A stretch of 64,000 bases of DNA from an uncultured bacterium (GTDB lineage Bacteria > Krumholzibacteriota > Krumholzibacteriia > LZORAL124-64-63), in the NCBI GenBank assembly GCA_903912525.1, contig CAIWHK010000049.1, forward strand, positions 21,269-85,268, written 5' to 3'. Of the stretch, positions 27,109 to 38,970 are shown in pieces (position 1 is the first letter of the stretch; every line of letters begins with the position of its first letter). The translations under genes were made by a program, and so were the position numbers. Below the pieces are notes generated by a model that had not been told where the DNA came from, did no database searches, and saw only the letters and a program-made list of their open reading frames with translations.

Positions 27109-29433
27109 ATGCGAATCCCATCCATCCCGACCACCCTGCGTGCGGCGGCGGCGCTTGCCGGCCTCGTCGTCCTGGCCGCGGGACCGGCCCCGGCGCAGCC
27201 GTCGGCCGCGCCTGTCGCCGATTCCGTGCCCGTCGTCGTCGACACGACCGCCGTGCTGCCGGGCGAAGAGGCCGTCTATGCCGCGCCCGAGGTGGTGGTC
27301 ACCGCCTCGCGCTACGGGCAGGACGCGCGGCTGAACATCTCCAACGTCACGGCCGCCGAGCTGGCCCGTCGCGAACCCGACCAGGAACTGCCGATGCTCC
27401 TGCAGTCGCAGCCGGGCGTGTTCTCGTATTCGGACGCCGGCGGCGGGCTGGGCTACACGTACCTGAAGGTGCGGGGCTTCGACCAGCGGCGCGTCGGCGT
27501 GTTGCTGGACGGCATCCCGTTGAACGATCCCGAGGACCACCAGGTGTGGTGGGTCGACATGCCTGACCTGGCGGCCGACGTGCAGGACATCCAGCTGCAG
27601 CGCGGGGTGACGGGGTCGGTGGGCGGCATGACCGCCATCGGCGGCACCGTCGACGTGGCGACCACGCCGCCGGGCGAGCGTCCGGGCACGCGTATCGGGC
27701 TGGACGCCGGCAGCTACGGGTACCGGCGGCAGATGCTGGCCTGGGACAGCGGGCTGGTCGAGGGCGGCTGGGCCACGGCGATCCGCCTGTCGCGACAGGA
27801 GACCGACGGCTTCCGCGACCGTTCGGGGCACGAGGGCTGGGGCCTGTCGTGGACCGCGCGGCGGATCACCGCCACGACCATCGACCAGGTGGGCGTGCAG
27901 GCGGGACGCGAGTTGTCGCACCATGCGTGGGACGCGGTGCCCGAGTCGATCCTCGAGACCGATCGCACCGCGAACGTGGAGACGTACCACAACGCGGTCG
28001 ACGATTTCCGGCAGCCGCATTTCACGTGGCACCGCACGTGGCTGCTGGGCGACCGCGTGACCTTGGTCAGCCGTCTGTACCACGTGCGCGGCGACGGGTT
28101 CTACGAGAACTACAAGGCCGGCCAGACGGTGGAGACCTACGGGCTCGACCTGGTGCCCGGTGGTCCGGCGGCCGGTGATGACGTCGATCTCATCCGCCGC
28201 AAGTGGGTCAGCAAGCGGCACACCGGGTGGGTGCCGTCGCTGGAGTGGGACCAGGGCCGGGGCCGCCTGCTGGCGGGCGGCGACGCTTATGCGTTCCACT
28301 CGGACCACTGGGGCGAGGTGCTGTGGGCGCGGGGCCTGGCGCCCGATGCGTTCACGACGCCCTGGGTCTATCATCGGTACCAGGGCGACAAGAAGGCGTG
28401 GTCGCTGTACGCCGACGAGCGCTGGAACCTGGGCGGCGGCCTGCAGGCGACGGTGAACCTGCAGTACCAGCGCAAGCGCTACACGTTCGCGCAGGACGCG
28501 GTCGCCAATTTCCAGGGCGAGCGGCTGAACCGGTACACCGTCACCGACGGGTTCTTCAACCCGAAGGGCGCGCTGGATTGGGCGGTGCCCGGCGAGGTGG
28601 CCGGGGGCCGGGCGCTGGTCTACGCGAACGCCGGCATCAACCACCGCGAGCCCACCGACAGCGAGCTGTTCGACACCTGGACCGGCGGCGACGACCTGGG
28701 CGCCGAGCCGCTCTTCGGCTCGCGGCGCGCGGTGCCCGACGGCAACGGCGGCGTGGCGTACATCGAGTGGTCGGACCCGCTGGTGAAGCCCGAGCGCGTG
28801 GTGGACAAGGAGTTCGGCTTCGGCTGGCGCGGGCGGGGCCTGGCCTGGTCGCTGGGCGGGTACTGGATGGACTTCACGAACGAGATCGTGCCTTACGGCG
28901 GGGTCTCGGACGACGGCAGCGGCATCCGCGGCAACGCCGGCCGCACGCGGCACCGGGGGCTGGAGTTCAGCGCCCGGGCGCTGCTGGGCCCGTCGCACGT
29001 GGTGGCGGTCACCGCCTCGCGGTCGTGGGACGAGGCCGTCGAGTTCGCCTTCCACGATTGGGACGGCACGGTGTACGATTACGCGGGCAAGCCGCTGGCC
29101 CTGTTCCCCGAGCACCTGGCGATGGTGGTCTGGGACGGGCAGTGGGGCGAGGCCCTGCGCAGCCGGGTTCGCGTGCGCAGCACGGGGCGCCAGTGGCTGG
29201 ACAACTCGGGACTGGGAGATCGCACCATCGACCCCTGGACGACGCTCGACGCGTCGCTGTGGCTGGACCTGCGCAAGGCGGGGCTCATCCACGGCGGCGA
29301 GGTCTCGGTGTTCGCGCACCTGCGCAACCTGACCGGCGCCGAGTACGAGACCTGGGGTTACTGGTACCTGGAGAACTGGAAAACGCCGGCGGCAGGCCGC
29401 AACCTGGCCGTCGGGATCGATTGTGGGTTCTGA
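27109..29433 (+). CDS. TonB-dependent outer-membrane receptor (predicted thiamine-family uptake, riboswitch-controlled)
   Basis: Signal peptide; plug 'VVVTASRYGQDARLNISNVT...LLQSQPGVFSY...YLKVRGFDQRRVGVLLDGIPLNDPE'; C-terminal '...GIDCGF' with terminal Phe. Confidence 0.85.
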   Translation: MRIPSIPTTLRAAAALAGLVVLAAGPAPAQPSAAPVADSVPVVVDTTAVLPGEEAVYAAPEVVVTASRYGQDARLNISNVTAAELARREPDQELPMLLQSQPGVFSYSDAGGGLGYTYLKVRGFDQRRVGVLLDGIPLNDPEDHQVWWVDMPDLAADVQDIQLQRGVTGSVGGMTAIGGTVDVATTPPGERPGTRIGLDAGSYGYRRQMLAWDSGLVEGGWATAIRLSRQETDGFRDRSGHEGWGLSWTARRITATTIDQVGVQAGRELSHHAWDAVPESILETDRTANVETYHNAVDDFRQPHFTWHRTWLLGDRVTLVSRLYHVRGDGFYENYKAGQTVETYGLDLVPGGPAAGDDVDLIRRKWVSKRHTGWVPSLEWDQGRGRLLAGGDAYAFHSDHWGEVLWARGLAPDAFTTPWVYHRYQGDKKAWSLYADERWNLGGGLQATVNLQYQRKRYTFAQDAVANFQGERLNRYTVTDGFFNPKGALDWAVPGEVAGGRALVYANAGINHREPTDSELFDTWTGGDDLGAEPLFGSRRAVPDGNGGVAYIEWSDPLVKPERVVDKEFGFGWRGRGLAWSLGGYWMDFTNEIVPYGGVSDDGSGIRGNAGRTRHRGLEFSARALLGPSHVVAVTASRSWDEAVEFAFHDWDGTVYDYAGKPLALFPEHLAMVVWDGQWGEALRSRVRVRSTGRQWLDNSGLGDRTIDPWTTLDASLWLDLRKAGLIHGGEVSVFAHLRNLTGAEYETWGYWYLENWKTPAAGRNLAVGIDCGF

Positions 29434-30155
29434 TGCTGGATGACCGACAGGCGCTGGGCGGCGCGGGCTGCCCCTTCTTCACCAAGCGCGGGCCGCGGGC
29501 CGTGATCCTGTGCGATGGACCGCCGCCGTCGCCGGAGCAACTCGCGTGGTGGCTGACGGGCGCCGACCTTTTTGTTTGCACGGATGCCGCGGGCCATCCA
29601 TACGAGCACCTGCCGCGAATGCCTGATGTCGTCATCGGCGACTTCGACTCGTTGTCGGGGCGCGTGCTGGCCGGTCGCGGCGGGCCGCTGTTCCTGGAGG
29701 TCGACGACGCCTACACGACCGACAGCGAGAAGGCGCTGCTGTACGTGGCCGAGCAGGGCTACGAGGAGGCCGTGCTGCTGGGGGCCACCGGCTGGCGCCT
29801 GGACCACACGCTGTTCAACATCATGCTGCTCGAGCGGTTCAGCGACCGCCTGCGCCTGTGCGTGTCGGGCTACCTGGCCGACGGCGTCCGCGTGGGCGCG
29901 GGCGCGCGCGAGGCGTGGGACCTGCCCGCCGGCACGCGCTTCTCGCTGCTGCCCATGGGCGGCGAAGTGCGCGGCGTGACGACCGAGGGCGCCGCCTTCC
30001 CGCTGCTGAACGAGACGCTGGGCGCCTTTGGCCCGACGGCGATCAGCAACGTCGTGACGCTGTCGCCGCTGCTGCTGTCGGTGGGCAGCGGCTCGCTGCT
30101 GGCCCTGATCGACCGCGAGCCCGAGCCGCCGCGATCCGAACGCGGCCCCGAGTAG
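29433..30155 (+). CDS. thiamine pyrophosphokinase
   Basis: 'VILCDGPP', 'VIGDFDS', 'DTDSEKAL', 'LGATGWRLDHTLFNI' TPK motifs; ATG overlaps the TonB receptor TGA. Confidence 0.8.
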   Translation: MLDDRQALGGAGCPFFTKRGPRAVILCDGPPPSPEQLAWWLTGADLFVCTDAAGHPYEHLPRMPDVVIGDFDSLSGRVLAGRGGPLFLEVDDAYTTDSEKALLYVAEQGYEEAVLLGATGWRLDHTLFNIMLLERFSDRLRLCVSGYLADGVRVGAGAREAWDLPAGTRFSLLPMGGEVRGVTTEGAAFPLLNETLGAFGPTAISNVVTLSPLLLSVGSGSLLALIDREPEPPRSERGPE

Positions 30156-31559
30156 ATGGACGCCGGCCTGACGTCCTGGTGGGCCACGCTGGCCTATGTC
30201 CTCTACCTGCTCTACGCGGTCCTGCGCGTGCTGCGCAAGCCGGCCGGCGGCGCCGTCGACTACCTGGTCGCCGGCCGCCGCCTGACGCTGCCCGCCTTCG
30301 TGGCGACGCTGGTCTCGACGTTCTACGGCGGCATCCTGGGCGTGGGTGAGTACACCTGGCGCCACGGCGTCAGCAACTGGCTGGTCTTCGGCGTTCCCTA
30401 CTATCTGTATGCGGCCATCTTCGCCCTGCTGCTGGCCTCGCGCGCGCGGCGCAGCCGCATGCTGTCGATCCCCGACCTCTTCCAGAAGCGCTACGGGCGC
30501 GGCCCGGCCCTTATCGGCGCCGGCACGCTGTTCGTCATGACGGCGCCGGCCGCCTACGTCCTGATGCTGGGCGTGCTGGTGCGCATGGCCACCGGTTGGC
30601 CGCTGTGGCTGTCGGTCAGCCTGGGAGCGCTGTTGTCGGTCTCGTACGTGTTCCGCGGCGGGCTCAAGGCCGTCGTCGACACCGACAAGGTGCAGTTCGT
30701 GCTGATGTTCGTCGGCTTCCTGGTACTGGTGCCGGTTTGCGTCTTCAAGCTGGGCGGGTGGGGTTGGCTGAGCACGCACCTGCCGGCGACGCACCTGCGC
30801 TGGGACGGCGGGCTGGGCTGGCAGGCGGTGTTCGTCTGGTACTTCATCGCGATGTCGACGCTGGTCGAGCCCGCGTTCTTCCAGCGCTGCTACGCCGCCC
30901 GCGACGAGAAGGTGGCCCGCAACGGCATCCTGGTCTCGATCGCGTTCTGGATCCTGTTCGACTTCCTGACCACCAGCGCCGGCCTCTACGCCCGGGCGCT
31001 GATGCCCGACCTGGCCGACCCCGTGCAGGCCTTCCCGGCGCTGGCTGCGCGCGTGCTGCCGGGCTTCTGGCAGGGCGTCTTCACGGTGGGCATGCTGGCG
31101 ACGATCATGTCGACGATCGACAGCTACGCGTTCATCGCCGCGGTCACCCTGGGTCGCGACCTGGTCGGTCGCTGGCGGGGGTTCGACGACGAGCGCGCGC
31201 TGCGCTCGGCGCAGTGGAGCCTGCTGGTGACCGCGATCGTGGCCATCGTGATGGCGCTGGCGGCGGGCTCGGTGATCACCTTGTGGAAGGTGCTGGGCTC
31301 GGCCGGCACGCCCGTGCTGCTGCTGCCGCTGGCGCTGGCGCACACGCGGTGGCGCGTGGGCGGGCGGCGCGTGACGGTGTCGATGGCGGCGTCGGGCCTG
31401 GTGGCGGTGGCCTGGCTGGCGGCCGGTCACGGCCAGCCCTGGCTGGGTATCGAGGCGATCTTCCCGGGGCTGCTGGCCTCGGTGCTGGTGCTGGCGCCGG
31501 CCTGGCTGCCGGGCGGCGAGGCGCAACGGATGGCGGAACCGGAATGGGGAGAACGATGA
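30156..31559 (+). CDS. sodium:solute symporter (SSS) family transporter, ThiV-like candidate thiamine/precursor importer
   Basis: About 13-TM SSS fold; directly follows the TPK gene. Confidence 0.7.
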   Translation: MDAGLTSWWATLAYVLYLLYAVLRVLRKPAGGAVDYLVAGRRLTLPAFVATLVSTFYGGILGVGEYTWRHGVSNWLVFGVPYYLYAAIFALLLASRARRSRMLSIPDLFQKRYGRGPALIGAGTLFVMTAPAAYVLMLGVLVRMATGWPLWLSVSLGALLSVSYVFRGGLKAVVDTDKVQFVLMFVGFLVLVPVCVFKLGGWGWLSTHLPATHLRWDGGLGWQAVFVWYFIAMSTLVEPAFFQRCYAARDEKVARNGILVSIAFWILFDFLTTSAGLYARALMPDLADPVQAFPALAARVLPGFWQGVFTVGMLATIMSTIDSYAFIAAVTLGRDLVGRWRGFDDERALRSAQWSLLVTAIVAIVMALAAGSVITLWKVLGSAGTPVLLLPLALAHTRWRVGGRRVTVSMAASGLVAVAWLAAGHGQPWLGIEAIFPGLLASVLVLAPAWLPGGEAQRMAEPEWGER

Positions 31560-32098
31560 GCGGGATGTCTTCTGTGGAACTGACGCCGGGCTATCGCGGC
31601 GCCCTGCGCGCGCTGCTGCGCTTCGCCATCGCCATGGCCGTCGTCGGCCTGCTGACGGGCATCTCGTTCCAGGAGTCGGCGCGCAAGCTGCCGTTCCCGG
31701 CGGCGGGCGCGGGGCTGCGCCTGGAGTCTGTCATCAACCTGGCGCTGGTGCACGGCCACGTGTTCACGATGGGCGTGCTGTTGCCGCTGGCGCTGGCGGG
31801 CGCGCTGTTGATGGCGCGGCGCATCGGCGGCCGCGAGGTGGGCCCGCAGGCGCTGCGCTGGCTGCTGTGGGGCTACCTGCCCGCGGCGGCGGCCACCTCG
31901 GCGCTGCAACTGGTGAAGGGCTACCACTTCCTGCTGGCAGTGCGGCGCGGCGCGACCGACCTGGCCCAGGTCGACGCGGCGTTCCTGGGCGGGCACGGCG
32001 TCGCGCGCTACGTGGTGTACGGCGCCGTGCACGGGGCGTTGGGCCTATGCCTGGTCGTGTTCCTGGTGGCGTTGTGGCGGAGCCTGCCGAGGGATTGA
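31556..32098 (+). CDS. small integral membrane protein (4-5 TM), last gene of the riboswitch operon
   Basis: ATGA overlap with the SSS gene stop; hydrophobic 180-aa ORF. Confidence 0.45.
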   Translation: MSGMSSVELTPGYRGALRALLRFAIAMAVVGLLTGISFQESARKLPFPAAGAGLRLESVINLALVHGHVFTMGVLLPLALAGALLMARRIGGREVGPQALRWLLWGYLPAAAATSALQLVKGYHFLLAVRRGATDLAQVDAAFLGGHGVARYVVYGAVHGALGLCLVVFLVALWRSLPRD

Positions 32099-32114
32099 GC
32101 GGTCGTCGCTTTGG

Positions 32115-33395
32115 CTAGACCGCGCGCTGGCGGCGCGGCAGCCGGCGCCAGACGAAGAAGCTGGAGACGGCCAGCACGCCGGCGAAGGCGGCGATGGTCG
32201 TGAACGGCGAGATGCGCTGCGCGACCCAGCCGGTCAGGAACGCGCCCAGCGGCAGCGAGCCGCCGAAGCCCACCGACCAGATGCCGAGGATGCGGCCGCG
32301 CAGGTGGTCCTCGACGCTGGTCTGCACCAGCGTGTTGCTGGTGGACATGAACATGACGGCGCCGAAGCCGGCCACCGCCAGGCCGGCGCCGATGGTCAGC
32401 GGGTGGCGCGTCGCCGCGATCACGAAGGCGCCCAGGCACAGCAGCCAGATGCCGCCGAAGACCTGCAGCCGCGACGTGTCGGCGGCCGTCCGCCCGGCCA
32501 CGACCAGCGCGCCGCCAATCGCCCCCACGCCGAACATCGCCATCATCAACCCGTACTGCCATTCGCTCAGGTGCAGCAGGTCCTGCGCGATGGCGGGCAT
32601 CAGCGTCTGGCACGACCAGCCGAACACGCCCATCAGGCACAGCATCAGCAGAAGCGTGCGGACGCGGCGGTTGCGGCGCACCTCGCGGAATCCCTCGAGC
32701 AGGTCCTGCCAGTGGCTGGTGGTGCGGGGCGCCGCGCGATGCGGCGGCAGCTTCAGCGAGAGCAGCGTGGCGGTCACGACGAGGTAGCTGATCGCGTCCA
32801 GTGCGAAGCACCAGCCGGCGCCGACGCCGGCCATCACGATGCCGGCGATGGCCGGGCCGATCACCCGCGACGAATTGACGAGCACCGAGTTCAGCGCCAC
32901 CGCGTTCAGCAGGTGCTCGCGGCCGACCAGATCGCCGACGAAGGCCTGTCGCGCGGGGACCTCGAAGGCGAAGGCGATGCCGCCGACGGTGGCCAGGGCC
33001 AGCAGGTGCCACGGCTGCGCCCAGCCGCCGAAAACCAGGATCGCGATGGCGGCGGACGACGAGGCGGCCAGCAGCTGCGTGAAGACGACCAGCCGGCGCT
33101 TGTCGACGCGGTCGGCGATGGCGCCGGCCAGCGGCGAGAGCACGAACATCGGCAGCAGGACCAGGCCCATGATGGTGCCGAGCATCGCGCGCGAGCCGGT
33201 CATCTCGTAGATGATCCAGCCCAGCGCCGTGCGGCGCACCCAGGTGCCGATCATCGAGGCGGATTGGCCGGCATAGTAGATGCGGAAGTTGCGGACCTGC
33301 AGGGACGAAAACGTCGTGGCGAACCAGGCGCGCAGCGGTGGGCGGCGCGGGGGGCCGGGGGGATTCGGCGTGCTCGAGGGGTCCAAGTCGTCCAC
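32115..33395 (-). CDS. MFS transporter
   Basis: 12-TM MFS pattern 'GAIADRVDKRRL', 'GPAIAGI'. Confidence 0.8.
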   Translation of the reverse strand: MDDLDPSSTPNPPGPPRRPPLRAWFATTFSSLQVRNFRIYYAGQSASMIGTWVRRTALGWIIYEMTGSRAMLGTIMGLVLLPMFVLSPLAGAIADRVDKRRLVVFTQLLAASSSAAIAILVFGGWAQPWHLLALATVGGIAFAFEVPARQAFVGDLVGREHLLNAVALNSVLVNSSRVIGPAIAGIVMAGVGAGWCFALDAISYLVVTATLLSLKLPPHRAAPRTTSHWQDLLEGFREVRRNRRVRTLLLMLCLMGVFGWSCQTLMPAIAQDLLHLSEWQYGLMMAMFGVGAIGGALVVAGRTAADTSRLQVFGGIWLLCLGAFVIAATRHPLTIGAGLAVAGFGAVMFMSTSNTLVQTSVEDHLRGRILGIWSVGFGGSLPLGAFLTGWVAQRISPFTTIAAFAGVLAVSSFFVWRRLPRRQRAV

Positions 33396-33503
33396 GGGGG
33401 CTCCGGTTGGCGCAGGTGTCCCGGCCGCAGCGCGGCCGCTTGGACAAGCTCGTTGCCCGGTGCGTTCGTGTCAATGGCGCCCGCCCGCTCCAGCGCAAGG
33501 GAA

Positions 33504-33529
33504 GGCCCCGCAACCGTGGCTGCGGGGCC
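33504..33529 (-). terminator. GC hairpin (GGCCCCGCA...TGCGGGGCC) downstream of the S8 peptidase gene
   Basis: 9-bp stem; on the minus strand it is followed by CUUCCCUUG. Confidence 0.35.
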
Positions 33530-33592
33530 TTCCTGTTTCAGCCGCAGAGTGACCACGGCGTGGCTGTCACGCCGGGCCGCGCTGCCGCCCGG

Positions 33593-34999
<1,407 letters not shown>

Positions 35000-35333
35000 G
35001 GGGAGGCCCCTTCCAGTTGTATCGTGGGCGGCTTCAGCGTAGACGCCGGCAGACCGTTGGCTGATGGCGAGGGACCATCGACCACAGGACGTTTCCACTG
35101 TACTCCTGGCGAGGAGCGGGGATCCTACCCGGCGCCGGGGGGTGTTGCAAGCGGATTATCGTTAAGTATGGGTGTCGTTGTGATGGCGCCGGTCGGGTGC
35201 AAGTCGGGCGGGCCCGTCGACCCGGCCTGGGTCGACAATCTCCATAACCGTATGCTGAACAATGTATTGCGCAATCCTGGCCCGCCTGCAGGGCGACAAG
35301 GCCGTTCTACGCGCACCCGGGCCTATTAATTCA

Positions 35334-35390
35334 TACTTGACGATTCAAGTATTGTATCGTTTTTTGGTGACGACAAACATATGGGTCACC
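35334..35390. promoter_or_regulatory. two candidate operators upstream of sufC: TACTTGA-N4-TCAAGTA (35334-35351) and GGTGAC-N13-GTCACC (35366-35390)
   Basis: Perfect inverted repeats read directly, 30-85 nt upstream of the sufC ATG in an AT-richer segment. Confidence 0.35.
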
Positions 35391-35418
35391 GAACCCCAAA
35401 CGACCGCGAGGGAATCCG

Positions 35419-36225
35419 ATGTCCGACGCCTTCCTGAATCCCGACCACCCGTCCGTCGTCTTCGCCTGCCGGGGCGTGCGTGTCTTCGTCAAGGACGGGG
35501 ACACGGAGAAGCAGATCGTGCGCGGCGTCGACCTGACCGTCCGGCGCGGCGAGAAGCACGCGCTGATGGGCCCCAACGGCTCGGGCAAGTCCACGCTGGC
35601 GGCCGCCCTGATGGGCCACCCCAGCTACCGCGTCGAGGGCGACATCTGGCTGAACGGCGAGCGTATCGACACGCTCGAGCCGCACGAGCGCGCGCGCCGC
35701 GGCCTGTTCCTCAGCTTCCAGTACCCGGTGGCCGTGCCCGGCGTGACGGTGGCCAACTTCCTGCGCGCCTCGCTCGCAGCTCGCCGCGGGACCGAGATCC
35801 CGGTGCGCGCCTTCCGCCAGGAGCTGAACGCGGCGTTCGAGACGATGAGCATCGACCCCTCGTTCATCACGCGCTACCTGAACGACGGGTTCTCCGGCGG
35901 CGAGAAGAAGAAGCTGGAGATCCTGCAGATGCTGCTGCTCAAGCCGGCGTTCAGCCTGCTGGACGAGACCGACTCGGGCCTGGACATCGACGCGCTGAAG
36001 ATCGTGTCGGACGGCATCAACCTGGCCAGCGGGCCGGACAACGGACTGCTGCTGGTGACGCACTACCAGCGCATCCTGAACCACGTCCAGCCGGATGTCG
36101 TGCACGTGTTCATGAACGGACACCTCGTGCGGACCGGCGGCATGGAGCTCGTGACCGCGCTCGAGGAGCGGGGCTACGACTGGCTGGCTGAAGAGGCCGC
36201 CATTCCCGAAGGGAGCCGCGCATGA
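35419..36225 (+). CDS. sufC: Fe-S cluster assembly ATPase SufC
   Basis: Walker A 'GPNGSGKST', ABC signature, about 250 aa. Confidence 0.95.
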   Translation: MSDAFLNPDHPSVVFACRGVRVFVKDGDTEKQIVRGVDLTVRRGEKHALMGPNGSGKSTLAAALMGHPSYRVEGDIWLNGERIDTLEPHERARRGLFLSFQYPVAVPGVTVANFLRASLAARRGTEIPVRAFRQELNAAFETMSIDPSFITRYLNDGFSGGEKKKLEILQMLLLKPAFSLLDETDSGLDIDALKIVSDGINLASGPDNGLLLVTHYQRILNHVQPDVVHVFMNGHLVRTGGMELVTALEERGYDWLAEEAAIPEGSRA

Positions 36226-37694
36226 GCCACGAAGAGGAACTGGCCGGGGCCGCCAACGCCGTGGCCGATGCCCGCGCCGTCCGCAGCGCCGAACTGACCG
36301 CGCTCAACGACGACTATACGGCGAAGTACGGCTTCCACGATCCCGAGGACTACTTCCTGAAGGCCCCCAAGGGCTTGAACCACGAAGTAGTGGAGATGAT
36401 CTCGCGCAAGAAGAACGAACCGGACTGGATGCGGGCCGTCCGCCACGCGGCGCTCGACACGTTCCGCGCCAAGCCGATGCCGCGCTGGGGCGACACCGAG
36501 GGCCTGGACGGCATCGACTTCGAGAACATCCACTACTACATCAAGCCCAAGGGCGAGCAGGCCAGCGACTGGAACGACGTTCCCGACCAGATCAAGAAGA
36601 CGTTTGACCGCCTGGGCATTCCCGAGGCCGAGCGCAAGTTCCTGGCCGGCGTCACGGCGCAGTACGAGTCCGAGGTCGTCTACCACTCCATCCGCGAGGA
36701 CCTGACGAAGCTGGGTGTCCTCTTCATGGACATGGACTCGGCGCTGCGCGAGCATCCCGAGATCGTGCGGAAGTGGTTCGGGAAGATCATCCCGACGAAC
36801 GACAACAAGTTCTCGGCCCTGAACACCGCCGTGTGGTCGGGCGGCTCGTTCATCTACGTGCCCAAGGGCGTGAAGGTGGACATCCCGCTTCAGGCCTACT
36901 TCCGCATCAACGCCGAGAACATGGGCCAGTTCGAGCGCACGCTGATCATCGCCGACGAGGACAGCTCGGTGCACTACATCGAGGGCTGCACGGCGCCGAC
37001 GTACTCGTCGGACTCGCTGCACTCGGCCGTGGTGGAGCTGGTGGCGATGGATCGCGCGCATATCCGCTACACGACCATCCAGAACTGGTCGACCAACGTC
37101 TACAACCTGGTGACCAAGCGCGCCCACGCCCACACCGACGCGGTCGTCGAGTGGGTGGATGGAAACCTGGGCTCGAAGCTGACGATGAAGTACCCGGCCA
37201 TCGTGCTGCTGGGCGAGCGCGCGCACGGCGAGGTGCTGTCCATCGCGTTTGCCGGCAACGGCCAGCACCAGGACGCCGGCGCCAAGATGACCCACGCGGC
37301 GCCGAACACGACCAGCCGCATCGTCAGCAAGTCGATCAGCAAGGGCGAGGGCCGCAGCAGCTACCGCGGACTGGTCAAGGTCAACCGCGGCGCGCACGGC
37401 TGCAAGACGAGCGTCGAATGCGACGCGCTGCTGATCGGCGAGCACGCCGTGTCCGACACCTACCCGACGATGGACGTGGCCGAGTCCGACGTGCGCGTCG
37501 AGCACGAGGCCCGCGTGTCGAAGGTGGGCGAGGAGCAGCTGTTCTACCTGCAGAGCCGCGGCCTGGACCCGGACAAGGCGCGCCTGATGATCGTCAACGG
37601 CTTCATCGAGCCGTTCGTGAAGGAACTGCCGATGGAGTACGCCGTCGAGCTGAACCGGCTGATCGAGCTGGAGATGGAGGGTTCCGTTGGCTGA
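36222..37694 (+). CDS. sufB: Fe-S cluster assembly protein SufB
   Basis: About 490 aa; '[20 protein letters not shown]', 'QFERTLI'. Confidence 0.95.
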   Translation: MSHEEELAGAANAVADARAVRSAELTALNDDYTAKYGFHDPEDYFLKAPKGLNHEVVEMISRKKNEPDWMRAVRHAALDTFRAKPMPRWGDTEGLDGIDFENIHYYIKPKGEQASDWNDVPDQIKKTFDRLGIPEAERKFLAGVTAQYESEVVYHSIREDLTKLGVLFMDMDSALREHPEIVRKWFGKIIPTNDNKFSALNTAVWSGGSFIYVPKGVKVDIPLQAYFRINAENMGQFERTLIIADEDSSVHYIEGCTAPTYSSDSLHSAVVELVAMDRAHIRYTTIQNWSTNVYNLVTKRAHAHTDAVVEWVDGNLGSKLTMKYPAIVLLGERAHGEVLSIAFAGNGQHQDAGAKMTHAAPNTTSRIVSKSISKGEGRSSYRGLVKVNRGAHGCKTSVECDALLIGEHAVSDTYPTMDVAESDVRVEHEARVSKVGEEQLFYLQSRGLDPDKARLMIVNGFIEPFVKELPMEYAVELNRLIELEMEGSVG

Positions 37695-38970
37695 GACAAG
37701 CACTTCCGTGATCGCGTCGGCGCGGCCGGCGCTGGACGAAGCGTTGCTGAAGGCCGTGGCGGCGACCCTCGGTGGCGACGCCGCGCAGGTCTCGCGCCGG
37801 CTCGAGGCGCTGGCGCGCTACGAGACGGCCGCCGATCCCGACCGCGTGCGGCACCTGTGGCGCTTCACGAACCCTGCGTCGCTGCTGCCGGCTTCGGTGG
37901 CGGGCGCGGCCGCGTCCGGCCCCGTGCCGGCGCCCGCGGCACCGGTGGCCGGCGCGTCGGTCACGATCGACCTGTGGCCGGGACGGGCGCCCGCCGTGCA
38001 GACGGCCGAGGACCTGCCTGTCGGCGCGCTGACGTTCACGGCGGCGGACGAGCCCTTCCCCAGTGGCAAGGCCCTGGCGAGCGACCTGTTCGGCGCGCTG
38101 GGTGATGCCGCCTGGAATGCGGGCGTGGGCCTCAAGGTGGCCGACGGCGCCAAGCTGGCCGGGCCGATCCATGTGCGCATCCATGCCTCCGCGGCGGCGT
38201 CGTTGCCGCGTCTGCGGCTGGAGGTCGGTCGGAACGCCGAGGCGATGCTCGTCGAGCAGCACATCGGCGGCGGGCCGGACGTGTGCGTCGTGGGCCGCAC
38301 CGTGATCAGCGCCGCGGACGGCGCGCGCGTGCGCCACGCCGTGGTGCAGGTCTGGGAGCCGGGCACCAGCGGCCACCTTGCGGTGGAGACGCGGGCCGGC
38401 GCCGACGCCGACATCCTGACCGTCTGCGGCGTCTTCGGCGGCGACGACACCAAGCTGGAACTGGGCACGGACCTGGCCGGCGCCGGCGCCCACAGCGAGA
38501 TCATCGGCGTGGCGCTGGTGGCCGGGAAGCAGCATGCGGATGTGCACACCAGCCATCGCCACCTGGCTGCCCACACCAGCAGCCGCATCGACTACAAGGC
38601 CGTGGCTGGACAGCAGGCGCGGTCGACCTACACGGGCCTGATCCGCATCGAGGACCGCGCCACGCACTGCGAGGCGTACCAGGAGAACCGCAACCTGCTG
38701 CTGTCGTCGCGGGCCCGGGCCGACGCCATCCCCGAGCTGGAGATCCACAACCAGGAAGTCAGCTGCAGCCACGGCGCGACCATTGCGCCGGTGGATCCCG
38801 AGCAGTTGTTCTATCTTGGGAGCCGGGGCCTGTCGCCGCACGAGTCGATGGGCCTGGTCGTGCGCGGGTTCCTCGAGAACACGCTGGCCAGGCTGCCGGA
38901 CGACGCGCGGGCCATGGTGGAGTCGTTCACGGCCCCGCGGTTGGCGACGATCAGGGAAGGAACGGCATGA
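37687..38970 (+). CDS. sufD: Fe-S cluster assembly protein SufD
   Basis: SufB-paralog C-terminal β-helix; non-ATG start (TTG 37687 or GTG 37708). Confidence 0.85.
   Translation: MAETSTSVIASARPALDEALLKAVAATLGGDAAQVSRRLEALARYETAADPDRVRHLWRFTNPASLLPASVAGAAASGPVPAPAAPVAGASVTIDLWPGRAPAVQTAEDLPVGALTFTAADEPFPSGKALASDLFGALGDAAWNAGVGLKVADGAKLAGPIHVRIHASAAASLPRLRLEVGRNAEAMLVEQHIGGGPDVCVVGRTVISAADGARVRHAVVQVWEPGTSGHLAVETRAGADADILTVCGVFGGDDTKLELGTDLAGAGAHSEIIGVALVAGKQHADVHTSHRHLAAHTSSRIDYKAVAGQQARSTYTGLIRIEDRATHCEAYQENRNLLLSSRARADAIPELEIHNQEVSCSHGATIAPVDPEQLFYLGSRGLSPHESMGLVVRGFLENTLARLPDDARAMVESFTAPRLATIREGTA

Noticed and set aside
30153-30158. Readthrough fusion of TPK and the SSS transporter (the TAG is immediately followed in frame by ATG)
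   Set aside because: The frame continuity is most likely coincidental. A cytoplasmic kinase fused to a 13-TM transporter N-terminus is implausible, and TAG is a functional stop elsewhere in the window.
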